This document shows, piece after piece, positions 51,701 to 63,547 of a stretch of 64,000 bases of DNA. The notes below the pieces were generated by a model. That model made no database searches. It saw nothing but the letters and a program-made list of their open reading frames with translations, and had not been told where the DNA came from. Source of the stretch: Laetmonice hystrix (Eukaryota); contig OZ249436.1 of assembly GCA_965235115.1 (NCBI GenBank), forward strand, positions 27,590,001-27,654,000. Reading direction: 5' to 3'. The position numbers were made by a program, and so were the translations under genes. The stretch's first letter is position 1. Each line of letters starts with the position of its first letter.

Positions 51701-52532
51701 CCTCCTCATCCTTCTCCTCATTCTCACTCTGCAGCACAGCGCCGACAGCCTGAAACCATGGCTGGCTCACAGCACGGGAGGGAGCATAGGGACAGTCCAA
51801 ATAAAGCCCATTCAAAGGAAGCCAAGCCCGAAGACGGGCAGAGGGAAGGCGCTCGTAGCCGCGACTCGAGTGAGAGCCGGCCACCCAAAGAAACCGGTGG
51901 TGGTGAGGGCAAATCTAACAGTGATAGTAGTAGTGCTAAACACAAAGACAGCGCTGACGACAAATTGGGTCCTAACCCAAACCCACGGACGACAACTCCG
52001 AAGTCAAGCAAGGATGGTGTGCCGATGTCAATCCCAGGCTCGTATGCACAGTATATTCCACATGCTTACTTGCAGACCCCTCACTATGCCCAAATGCCAT
52101 TCGACTCTAGCCACCCCATGTATCGTGGAGTGAGCCCCATCATTGGCTATGCTGGCCCTCCATACCTTCACCAGGCCCCCATGCGCTATCACATGTCGCC
52201 AGGCTTGGAAGAGTCCGGTGACAAGGCGAAATTACTTTCACCAGGGGGCGCTTCCGAGCGCAAGGGTGCACCACCCGAACATACTGGTAAAGCTCTCGAG
52301 TTGCTCCAGCAACACGCGTCGCACTATTACAGCTCTAGTGGCCAGCATAAGATCCATGAGCTACAGGAGCTGGGGAAGGGTGAAAGTAGGGCTTCGCCCG
52401 CCAAAACAATCCCTGAGAGTGGGGAGAAGGTCCGCGAGTTGAGTAAGTCACCACCACCCCAGCGCCACCTTCACACTCACCACCATACTCACGTAGTGGG
52501 CCCTGGATACTCTCTCTACGATCCTTACGGTG
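48763..52532 (+). CDS. ZNF608: ZNF608/609 coding exon 4 (3770 nt: C2H2 finger, polyQ, low-complexity regions, ALELLQQH and HTHHHTH motifs)
   Basis: Lies in the 1269-aa track ORF; acceptor ttctttctctcgatag|G (phase 2 completes AG+G Arg); donor TACGGTG|gtgagt at 52532/52533 (phase 1). Confidence 0.95.
49094..49165 (+). other. Single C2H2 zinc finger [24 protein letters not shown]
   Basis: C-x4-C-x12-H-x4-H pattern read directly; one finger is typical of ZNF608/609/brakeless. Confidence 0.95.
50090..50167 (+). repeat. Coding polyglutamine tract Q15-H-QQ-P-QQQQ-I-QQ
   Basis: (CAA)7(CAG)3(CAA)5 followed by an interrupted CAA/CAG run, in frame. Confidence 0.97.
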
Positions 52533-53987
52533 GTGAGTAGCCATCCTGATTCCAAGTGATTAGCACAGTGGTTTTTTTTTCCTTCCAAGATGCTCTGCAT
52601 ACACCGCTTGGCTCTCTAATAATTCAATTTATTGCAAAGAAAGAGAAGTAGATCTGGTTCGTTTAAGAGTCTAGAAGATGACTGTCACTTTTAAAGTGGC
52701 CATTGGCCGACTTTGATTTGGTTATGTTTCTGGAATTAGTCACATAATAAAACTGAAAGGGAGGCCCGAACCATGAAGAAGTTGGACAGGGGAAACTTGA
52801 AAAAAACACGAGAGAGCTTTGCCAGATGTATGTGCTGAGCATACAAAAACTAACACCGCCGAAATGTTATTGAAAAGTTAATGAAAATCTCATTTTCTTT
52901 ATGGCGTACAGAGTACCGGTAGGCTGAAAGGTTAGGGAGTAATTAATAAAGTGAAATAGATGAGTGGAGTAGAAACTTAAAGCGACTTAATTTACACTCA
53001 ATTTTTCTTTTATGCAACATCCAATCTTCTGGATAGACAGTGAGTGAATTTTTGGGGACCGTGCAGTGAGATTGATAAGTCTTTCTTCTGTAAGAGGAAA
53101 AACAAATCATGATTCTTAAAGTTGGCATCAAACAAAAAGCAGTAGTTTTTATCGTTCGAATTTAGAAATTTTACTTAAATAGGAATCTAGTGCAATATTT
53201 TCCTATCAGACAGTTTAATACCCTGTCACCACGACTAGGGATTGTCCGATTCTTGTTGAGAAATAACTGTGAGCTTGGCCTAGCGGGAATAGAGTTTTCC
53301 AGCTGAAGTCCTCCAAAATAGAATATCCCTGTGTGTCCTACCCTCTAGCCCCCAACCCTCGCACATTTCCAAACATTGACCGTTCCGTACCTTTAGGTGG
53401 GGGGTATGCCACCTGTACACACTCCTCAGGGGGAGAACAAACACCATCTCCCACTTGGCATGCAAAGAAGTGCTTAGGTGCCTGCCTTACTGACTGACTG
53501 ACTGAATACCAAGGTATCTGTTTTAGATTTTGATCCGGCTTCAGGTTAACCTGGCTCAGCAGATTGAGGCGAGGTTGTGACGGAGGTGTCGGAACCTGTG
53601 TGAAGTCAGTCAGTACTGACATGTGACATTGGGAGGTGACAGTGATAGGTGACATTGGGAGGTGCCAGTGACAGGGAAGAGATCGCGCTGTAATTGATGC
53701 CATGCCGTGTGTGCCATGTTGTTGGTCCGCCCCGCGTGGGGTGCCGCCGCCGCCCTCCCGGTCCCACTGCTCCGACTGATGTAGGAGGTCGGCAGGCAGG
53801 CTGGCTGGCTGGCAGGAGATTGTGAGCGATTACCAGAATTGATCAATTGGTCAGGTCTGCAATTTATTCAAAGTGGTTCCTCAGTGAAACTTGATCGAAT
53901 GGCCCGGGCAGCGGGCCATGTAAAATTGAAGGGGCTGAGAGTTTGGAGAGAGCGGATCTGCTTGAGGCACCGTGGGAGCAGGTCGAG

Positions 53988-54695
53988 CCTGGCGCTGATA
54001 GGGTGGCACGCCAAAGTCAGGGTGGAGTACCGCCTGGACCTGGCGCTGATAGGGTGGCACGCCAAAGTCAGGGTGGAGTACCGCCTGGACCTGGCGCTGA
54101 TAGGGTGGCATGCCAAAGTCAGGGTGGAGTACCCACCGTCTGGACCTGGCGCTGATAGGGTGGCACGCCAAAGTCAGGGTGGAGTACCGTCTGGACCTGG
54201 CGCTGATAGGGTGGCACGCCAAAGTCAGGGTGGAGTACCGTGTGGACCCGGCGCTGATAGGGTGGCACGCCAAAGTCAGGGTGGAGTACCGTCTGGATTT
54301 GGCGCTGATAGGGTGGCACGCCAAAGTCAGGGTGGAGTACCGTGTGGACCTGGCGCTGATAGGGTGGCACGCCAAAGTCAGGGTGGAGTACCGTGTGGAC
54401 CTGGCGCTGATAGGGTGGCACGCCAAAGTCAGGGTGGAGTACCGTGTGGACCTGGCGCTGATAGGGTGGCACGCCAAAGTCAGGGTGGAGTATAGTGTGA
54501 ACGTGGCGCTGATAGGGTGGCACGCCAAAGTCAGGGTGGAGTACCGTGTGAACGTGGCGCTGATAGGGTGGCACGCCACAGTCAGGGTGGAGTACCATCT
54601 GGACCTGGCGCTGATAGGGTGGCACGCCAAAGTCAGGGTGGAGTACTGTGTGGACCTGGCGCTGATAGGGTGGCACGCCAAAGTCAGGGTGGAGT
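53988..54695. repeat. Intronic minisatellite, 51 bp unit (cctggcgctgatagggtggcacgccaaagtcagggtggagtaccgtgtgga), about 14 copies
   Basis: GGCGCTGAT recurs at 53991, 54042, 54093, 54148 (4-nt insertion), 54199 and then every 51 bp to 54658; explains the repetitive ORFs in the track. Confidence 0.98.
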
Positions 54696-56262
54696 GCCCA
54701 ACTTGTGGACAAAAGTAAAAAACTATGTGTGGTGTAAGGTTACCCGTATTTATTATGTGGCGTGAAGTGAAGAGACCTATACGGTCTGTTAATTCGTGTG
54801 TCACGAAAATGCTTCAAAAATCAGCTTATAAAACGTACTGGGAGCAAGAAAACTCAACATAGAATGGCCAGATTATTGTTCCAATCTGACCAAAGAAAAA
54901 CGTAAAGGTATGGTCATTCTTGTTATCAAAATCGGAAAAATATGAAGAAACCTATGTAGCTCGCAAATCCACCGATAAAGTGCAATGAAGGTTGGAAAAA
55001 GATTGGAATTTTAGTTGGTGGTTTCATGAAATCTCGTTTAACATGATTGCAACTACTTCCAAGTATTCTATTTGAAGAGTAATTGATAATTCTAGCTAAA
55101 TTTATCAATTTTACGAGAATCAATAATCTGTTTTCCCCTGGATTCAATGATTGTGGATGGAGTAAATGACGGGTGTTTTCCAGTGAGTGGCCACGCCTGT
55201 GGTTGGCGAGGGTGAAGGGTTTGAAGGGACAGGGGTTTGTCTGCCCCCTTCCACTCAGTCCCCCTTTTATTCCTCTTGATGAGGCAGTCCTGTCAAATAA
55301 CTAGCAACTAGCACTGACTGTGCTAGTTGATATCGACCCGGCACTAAGGCCATCTGCCCTGACTAATGATGAATCTGCTGCCTTAATTAAGGTAGGACCA
55401 ATGTCACTGCCGCCCGCAAAGCGCCAGTTTCATTATGGCTCATTCTTAAAGTGCATTTACCCGGTATTCTCCTGGGGACCGTCTGAAACGGCCTGGGAAG
55501 GAAGGTAAACATAAATTTCCCTGCTGTTTCTTGCCTTGCCTTGTGACTCAGAGCTCCTGGTGTGACCAGGATACTGATGACTGATATGAATCCTGCCCAC
55601 ATGAAAAGCAAAGTTTGATATTGAATATGGGACTGGGAGAGCTGGTACACATTGGTTTGAGGCCCTGCCTATTAACATTGATTAGACTCAGTTTGATGCC
55701 AACATTAGGAGATTAACATTAACGCTCAGATTACATTCTGTAAGGCGAGAAGCCACTTAGCCGCCCATTAAATTCTTCTATTACAAATGTATAATAACGA
55801 TTTCCCTGAATAGTCTAAAGTACAAGGAGGTATAAGAAATGTTTGAGCCATTGGCTTATCGATAAATTCAAATACATTATAAACCTGTTGGGCCCTCCCT
55901 GTGACATGTGGCTGTTATTACCTTATCTCTAGGTACTTGTTGACAATCGAAAACACGCTCTTACTCGGTCAATCATTATGCGTACATTGTGCACAAGAGG
56001 TTTTTGTCTACACTCAAAACGATTTCAGGTCATAGGTCATAGTCGTAGATTGTTGTCGAGGTATTTTTTTTATCAACCGAACAATACCAGCAGCTATGGG
56101 GATTATTTAAATGTAGCTGAGGTGACATTTAGCGGTTCGTGTCACACGAGTATGTGAGGGAGATCAAAAACAAGATGTTATTTACGTTTTATTGATTGAA
56201 TCCTGTCTCGATGGCAGTGAGTCTATGGTGCTCAGCGTTTGTTTCTGATTGATGTGTTTCAG

Positions 56263-56327
56263 CTGCCATCATGAGCCAAGCTGCCGCGTCTGGGAGTGCC
56301 ATTCCACACCCGTTTGTGCCCAAGTGA
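56263..56327 (+). CDS. ZNF608: ZNF608/609 terminal coding exon (A-AIMSQAAASGSAIPHPFVPK*)
   Basis: Acceptor gatgtgtttcag|CT fits phase 1; the peptide resembles the short Ala/Gln-rich C-terminus recalled for the family (AAVLASQQAAA-type in scribbler); TGA at 56325-56327. Confidence 0.8.
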
Positions 56328-59300
56328 AGCACCCTCAGGTATTGTAAGAAGAGTGCCCAAACACCGACCAACCCACTGAGCCATGGAGCCCGCCCGCCGG
56401 CACGTTGGACCCGCCCGGCCCCACGGCGGTGTGGCTGCCAGAGTCGGCTGCCAATCGGACCCCTGCTGGACGACTGATTCCTCAACCCCAGGGTCACTCG
56501 GCCCCCACTCGCTGGGTGACCCACCTGCTGAATGACGGCTTCAAACTCGCTGCCGATGTATGTCATACATTACCTGGATGTTACCTGTGATTGACCTCCA
56601 ACTGAACTGGTCATTTCTTGAAGACGTCACCGGATATTATTACCATTCATATTATTATTAGACATTATTATGCATCGGCGGTTATGGCTTGAAGGGCCGT
56701 TGTTTATGAATGGAGCCATTTGAACTGATTGAGTGGACCAGGATATAATAGGCTTTGACAAAAAGGATAGAAAAAGGCGCCGGAGTACATGTATGGCTAA
56801 CCACGAACCATTATGGATACAGACAGAAGAGAGATGTGATGTTATTTGATCTTTACTTCTGACGACATTCCCCCAAATTTCTCCTGGCCGGGGCCGACTT
56901 GGCCTGGCGTGGGACAGCCTGGCCTGGCTTGACCTTGCTGACGAGTGCGGCGGTGTGGGGCGGGCCGTACTGCCGACACCGCCCAGCGGTGACCTGTTAG
57001 ATTGACACTACAAGCCGTGAACGCGTACAAACAGAGGAATAATATTATCTTGTTTAACATTGTAACTGTGCAGATGAAATGTCTTTCATTTTTCATGCAT
57101 GCCATCATCCCCCATCATTGATTGAGTGCGTTGTGGCTGTGTATGCAGAACTGACAGTGCTGCCCCATCCATTTAGAGTTTTTTCTCTCCATTTTTCCCC
57201 CTTCTTTGGTCCATGGGGAGCTCCAAGTACCAGTTGAAGGAAGCCATGTTTGACCTAATTCTGTCTCCCAGTCACTGGTGAAGAATAGACGCATGATACA
57301 GGAGAACGGATGTGGCTGCCTGCATTAAATGCTTATGGTTAATGTTGCCTGATGGGTGCTGCATGTACAGAGAACACCATTCTAGTCAAGAGATTGCTAA
57401 TCAATATTGAAAATGGACGCTGTAGTAAATAGTAACTAATTATGCACACCACGCCGCCAGTGGGTTCTTTTCTCCTTGCTACCAGTACGGACACTAAAAA
57501 TAGTACTTGTAGAATCATTATGTCATTATTACGTCAAATAGGTGGGCCACAAAATAAGGAGAGAAAATGGCCCAGTTTTTAATCCTATATGCATCCCCTC
57601 ACTAATACCCTTGGAGTGAGTGGACAGAGGCAGTGTATGGTAGTCACTTTGTACATAGGAACAATTGTTGGAAAGTGTGTGTGAGAGAAATATGGAGGAG
57701 GGAAGAGGATGCTATATATATGTGTATCAGATGCTGTGTCATTCATTCCTGCCGGATACTGCTTCCCATGACCTAGTTACATACAATGTACAGGATTCCG
57801 CCACCTCCCACCCAGGTCGAGTGTCTGAGAGAACATTTTCTAAGTGTTCCTACTGTCCGAACACTTGTGTTGTATAAAAGTCCGAGCTCTTCCACTGCCA
57901 CCTAGTGGTTGTGGAGATAATTGTAGCGTGGTGGTGGCGGTGATGATGATGATGATGACATCACCATGGGGACTGAGTATTGAAACAAGAAACTGGTATT
58001 GGATCCTGGATACAAAACTGACATCTGTGAATGGAGTATAGAAAGGTGTAGACATAGTGCGTGTAATACGGGCGTCCAGATGGATTACCGGTTTAAAACT
58101 GTATGTAATACACGAAAACGGATTATCTGGATGTTCCTGATCGAAGAGCAGGTTTACTGGATGGAGACGTAACTTTGGGGGGAGAAAGGGGGTCTGGTTT
58201 GTGAACCGTGGGACGTGGGGATACACACCCACCCATAGAGGTGTTCTGTTAAAACCGAAAGGACACACACTACTGTGTATTGACACACACTGTTGACCTG
58301 TGGTACAGATCACTGTGGTATTTTTGTTTTCAATCCTGCTGCACGGTGTTTCTTTCTCTCCAATGAAGAGAGAGAAGGTGAGAGAAGGTGAGAGAGCGAG
58401 TCTATGCCCGGTTGGACGTGCCCCGGCAGAAGGGCCCCAGGCCCGTGAAAACCGAACTTGAATTATTGATAGATCTCGAGGTTGGCTGAACGGACGGCCA
58501 GACCCCTCCCCCCTCCTCCTCCCCCCGTGTATGGGGGTGGTGTTACACATTGTGCTGATGATCTACGACTGTGTTAAAATCATTACCTTAGACATTTCGT
58601 CTCCCTCAGTGCAGCTGTACCTGACCCCACGACCCTTGCCTGTAGGAGGTACTAGTAGGGACACAACTCTTGTCCGACACACTACAGGTAGAAAGCACAC
58701 TTCAACATTGCTATAGTGGATGTAATGTGACAGAGAAAGAAAAATGTAATATATATATGTATACACAGACTTTTCCCCTCTGGTGTGTTTGATAAGTAAA
58801 TATATTGTATAATATTAAGAAAAATGAAATGCCATAAATGTTACCTGAGGATCAGTGGAAAACTTTTTTTTGGTCTTACTGTGTATCTGCACTTATTGTA
58901 AGTACAGTAGAAACCACGCTCGCTCTTTCTTAGGTTGGTGCCGGTTACATTGGCAACCAGTGATTGTTGATCAACTAGTGGTATGTGAACCTCACGCTGT
59001 GTGCCGCACATGCCAGTGAAAGTTGTGTTGTCTCCTATGTTTTTTTTAAAAGAAGGAACAACCCATGCTACAACTAAACTTTTTTCTGCCTTATACAGAG
59101 AGATCAAAGAGAATTAAATGTTGCATATAATATACAGATGTTGTTGTGCACAACTATTTTCAATGATTTATATATCTAGATTATGAGTCTTACTCAGTGT
59201 CACCACCATAGAATTGAGCCGTAGAATCCAGTTTTTACTATTATTTCCCAAATGTACTAGTACCCGATAAAGTATTAATCTTAACAAAACAGCTTCTGAA

Positions 59301-59360
59301 ATTTCCTAGTGTTGTTTACTGCACTTAAGAAAATAATAAATTTGGCTTTTTAGAAAATAT
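56328..59360 (+). other. Probable 3' UTR of the ZNF608/609 gene (may contain an intron)
   Basis: Follows the stop codon; AU-rich character from about 58.7 kb; AATAAA at 59335. The end is uncertain because further AATAAA occur at 59987, 60576 and 60880. Confidence 0.4.
59335..59340 (+). terminator. Candidate polyadenylation signal AATAAA
   Basis: AATAAA at the end of the AU-rich UTR-like block, followed by U-rich sequence. Whether it is used is untested. Confidence 0.35.
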
Positions 59361-61414
59361 AGTTGCCCTTAAAAATGTAATTTCTGGCAGTTAATATTTC
59401 CAAGTGCTGAATGCAATGTTGGTTGAAATCAGCGAGACAGTGAAGGTGTATTATGTTGGAATTGTGTCAGAAAAATGAGTGTGAGAAATTGCCGGTAATG
59501 TGCGGCAACTGAAGTATTTTTACATATTCTGACGGGCAATGCTATTGCAGTGTGATATCCAAAATTGTCTTGTTAAAGTTTCAAGTTAAATCAGTCGTCA
59601 ATTGACGTAGGTCACGTATGTGCTGCAATTACTGATAAGGAGAGAGGTTTGAACAAAATCAGGTCAGTTGTAATGGTACTGAGAGAGTGTTGTGGACATA
59701 ATATGTCCCTGTTTTACAGGGGAAGTGCTTAAGTAAGAGTTGAATTTGATGATCATGATTTATGCCGAGTCTTCATGATTGCACGGTGGACCGATGATTC
59801 GCCGCCTATTATTTATTTCCTTCACAAAAGCAGTCAGCGATTCTTCTAGAATCACAGAGACCGTTGATAAAATTCAATATAGAACACTGTCGGCCTTCAT
59901 CTCTCTCGACCTTTTATCAAACAAACAAAATTAAACCAATTGAATGTATCAAATGCCAACTGGCAGCCAATTCCATCGAACACAGAAATAAATGTCCTAA
60001 AATTAATTCGAAACCCGACCAGTATTGATTTAGTTAAAAGCTTCAAACAATTTGCATCCGAGATATGTGACACCAAAGTCACGACAGACAGTGCCTCTAG
60101 TGACAAACGTGAATTGTTTTCATCACTCCTACCACAATCCAAAATGGTGACCTGTAAAAATTACCCAATGATTCGAAAGGACTTGTGATACGAATTGATA
60201 TTAGGAATGTATAACGGAAGAAGGTACTTTAGAATCTGGCCAAGTTGTATTGTAATACGGAGAACCCTCGCCCGAGTGGGATGATCGGAATTTATTTTTA
60301 TATGTGTCAAACAAAGGACCTGGTGAGAAAAATAGCTTCCCTCGTTCACTACAGAGGGCAGCACTTGGTCTACTTACTTTTCTTGTGTAGAAACACTTTC
60401 CCTTTTTCTGCAGTTTGAAGATATATGATTACTATGTTGGACTGTACAGATGTTGAGTTGAAATGGTCGCCGATTTGTAGACTTTGTTTTGTCAGTGTGT
60501 AAGATGAACAAGTCGGTTGTAGGAGCACTGCATTCTTGTTAATTTTCATGTATGCAGTTGAAACAATGAAAAAATAATAAAACGGGATTTTATATAACAC
60601 ATGTGTTTTCTTGTCACTACCGGTAGTTAAAAATAATTAACGAATAATGACCTCGACTTCCATTATCATGAAAAACGTTTAGAAACTCCCAACCCGCACC
60701 CTGTCCAGACAAAGCAGTTGAAAAATATAATCTTGATACGAAAATGTCGATATTGCAACAATTATATATGAGCACAATCTAGCATCGTGTCGGGATTATC
60801 TTTTACTCAATTTAGAAGAAAAAAGCCCAGCTGTATCGAAAGCTCACAACAGCTGTCTATTGACTATAATTGTGTTTTAAATAAAGTAAGAAATTAAGGT
60901 TAAGTAAGAAATAGTCGAATTAATCGTCTGTAAAACTGGAGTTGCTAACGTAACGTTTAAATATGAAAACAAAGCGATCTACATTTCCGCCAAGAATTAG
61001 AGGGAAAATTCTGAAAGAATTTTTACTGTATCAGACATCTTGCTTTAAAACCTGCTCCTTCCATCAAACAGATGATCGCAAACGTTACACAGGCCTGGTT
61101 AGTATGTGCGCACCGACCCAAGCCCCATCTTTGGGATGGATACGATCCGGCCTCATTGTACAGTGCACTGACCGGTTGATAGGTCCGGGTGGGCTGGTCG
61201 TATTGAAGATCTGTCAGTCGGGGGATAATGTTACCCTGACCCGGCGGTCCGGTGGTGGACGGCGAGTACTGGTCGCGATGGTCGGCCTGATCGACCGCTA
61301 TGATTACTGCTGAAGGCGGACGACCTGCCACGTTCAATTACTCGTCGGACACGTACACTGGGGGAGGACGCAAGACGGCCCGGCTTGGGGGCCAGCAGGC
61401 TTTTCCGTCTAATC

Positions 61415-61511
61415 AGAGAGAGGGGGAGAGAGGAGAGAGAAGAGAGGAGAGAGAGAAAAGAGAGAGAGGAGAGAGAGAGAGAGAAAGAGAGAGAGAAGAG
61501 AGAGAAGAGAG
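61415..61511. repeat. Imperfect (GA)n microsatellite
   Basis: About 95 bp of almost pure purine GA repeat. Confidence 0.95.
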
Positions 61512-63456
61512 CTCTTGTATTTTTTAGTGCCGTATTCAGGGAGGAGGAGGGGGGGGGGGGGTTCTATGTAACCTGGAACCCCACCCCTTGAATTTATTTT
61601 TACTATATTAAGGACATTTTTGTAAAACAGGGTGTAAAAAGTATTATTTGTAAAAAAATCTTCATATTTCCCAACAAGACATTCTTATATTGCATTATTT
61701 GATGTCTTTTTTCTATTACACAGGGGAGCATGGCCTAAGGCCATCTCTGAAGTAACTAAAATTAGCACCCCCCCTAACCAGTTTCTGGATACTCTCCTAT
61801 ATTTCGTAACCTCATCAGACATTTTAAGCTAAATTCTGAGCGAAAGGCCTAGCTCCATTTTGCAATTAAAGCTTTATGTGTGCATGCATTATGCATTTGT
61901 AACGTTTCAAATTCCTCCTCTATACGAGTTTTACATTTATGAAGATTGAGTTCCGTAAATACTTCCACATAAATCCCGACCCTGCGCTCGCGCACCAACC
62001 ATAACACCCCCATACCTACTACAATAAGAATGCTGGCGTTTTTTTAAACACCTTCCTGGGCTGCCGAGAGAAGGAGGTGCCTGGCCGGCAGATGGTCGCA
62101 CGCCCTCCTCTGCCGCCAGGCACCCGACAAATGGCGACGATGTACGGTCAGAGTTCATTCAATTTATCGTTCGAGCATCCGGCAATGCTTGGAATGGAGA
62201 CCAAGTCACACGATGCGTCCAAACTTGATGTGCACAACATTGTTTTTCGCTTGGAATTCGGTACATGCAATTGCCGTTAGATCAACACGTCTAACGTAAC
62301 CTTATCACTGTGGGTAGGAAGGATGCCGCAAAGCTGCTAGTTTTTTTGTTTATGCATTCCTCTTTGGTGGCCACGGTTGAAATGCTGGTGTATTAAAGAA
62401 AGTAGTTCACGATGAATGTAATAAAAATGTGTCGAGATGACTCTCACCCCTAGGAGTGGACGTATTTCTTACGCCTTATCCAAACTAAAGATTACGTTTT
62501 CATCTTAATTTTGACCTGAAACTGAAGTATAACTTGACCCCTTATAGGATAGGATGATGCAGCAGATGTTGAGAAATAATGAAATTAGATCTTAAGTTTG
62601 TGGTTTGTTTCGCCTACTTCTTCATACGAACTTCGTACTCTATAATCAAATGTTATTGAGTAAGATATGTAGGCATATTGTAGTTAGGGTTGGCTAGCAA
62701 AACGTGTCACATTATAGAGCCGCTAATATATGAGCCGTCGTCCAGTGAACGCCTGACTGCCAGGTATATACATGACAGTGACATACATGACAGTGACCGC
62801 GGTTTCGCGTTACCCGGAGACTGTCGGTGGCCATCCGCCGACAGAGCCGCCTTGGCTGTGACAGAATGAGATACGCTACCCGCCCGATGTCTCACACATG
62901 GAGCCACGTCCTCGCTCGGATCATACGGTAATAACATAATCCCAGACCTCATCAGCTGCAGGTAATCGGATTCCGAGTGAGATGGCTCGGCTCATTGAAC
63001 AACCACGGCGTCCGAGTCCCTGCTGCTTATATTACCATATCTACAGATTGGTGGATGGTTGGTTGGTGGGGAGCAACTGTAATCACCACGTCGCGTTCCC
63101 AGAAAGAAGACGGAATGAAATGACTTTGTGGACCCGTGGCATCTAGTCATAGAACAATACATGTACATGTAGCCTCCGCGGGCTTGACAAGTCTATAATT
63201 AGGTGTACATGTATATCATTTGACATCAGTTGATAGATTTTATTCATGACTTTGGTGTTAAACATTTTTATGCCCAAAGCAACCCAAGGTTTTAATAGGG
63301 ATTTAGTTTCCGTTGTGGCAATACAAATACGATATTGTAGGCCTTAATTGGGCATATATTATCGGTAACTAGTATAAGGGGGGGGGGGGGGTAAATAAAA
63401 ATTCTACACAAGAGTGAATTTATCGTAGATTAACATAATAGGCGTAATAACGTAAA

Positions 63457-63547
63457 GCCTATTATTATGTAAGCAAGGGCCTATACTATATCATTATGTA
63501 AGCAAAGGCCTATACTATATCATTATGTAAGCAAAGGCCTATACTAT
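63457..63547. repeat. Short tandem repeat, 29 bp unit (ggcctatactatatcattatgtaagcaaa), about 3 copies
   Basis: Read directly; the first copy is degenerate. Confidence 0.9.

Larger units (their letters stand above)
35439..56327 (+). other. ZNF608: ZNF608/ZNF609 (scribbler/brakeless) family gene, span from AUG-containing exon to stop; 5 coding exons, predicted 1641 aa nuclear co-regulator
   Basis: Spliced translation has the family motifs in order: [79 protein letters not shown], one C2H2 finger, SPAYSDISDE, KALELLQQHASHYY, SPPPQRHLHTHHHTHV. Intron phases 0,1,2,1 all match. Family assigned from recall, not a database search; ZNF608 vs ZNF609 is not separable in an invertebrate. Confidence 0.95.

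Noticed and set aside
48553-52544. Numerous antisense and off-frame ORFs over the large exon (also 35783-36220)
   Set aside because: Shadow ORFs expected from the codon composition of a real CDS.
53623-53671. 26-bp tandem duplication
   Set aside because: Two copies only; ordinary slippage.
6624-54695. Regular arrays as possible CRISPR loci
   Set aside because: Units are head-to-tail with no unique spacers, no cas genes are present and the context is eukaryotic.
53839-54804. ORFs of 197-307 aa on both strands
   Set aside because: Products of the 51-bp (17-codon) repeat inside an intron; no flanking gene signals or recognisable domain.
62707-62965. Protein-like frames and splice-like sites on both strands
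   Set aside because: Several mutually exclusive exon readings and no recognised motif; cannot be supported without homology or RNA data.
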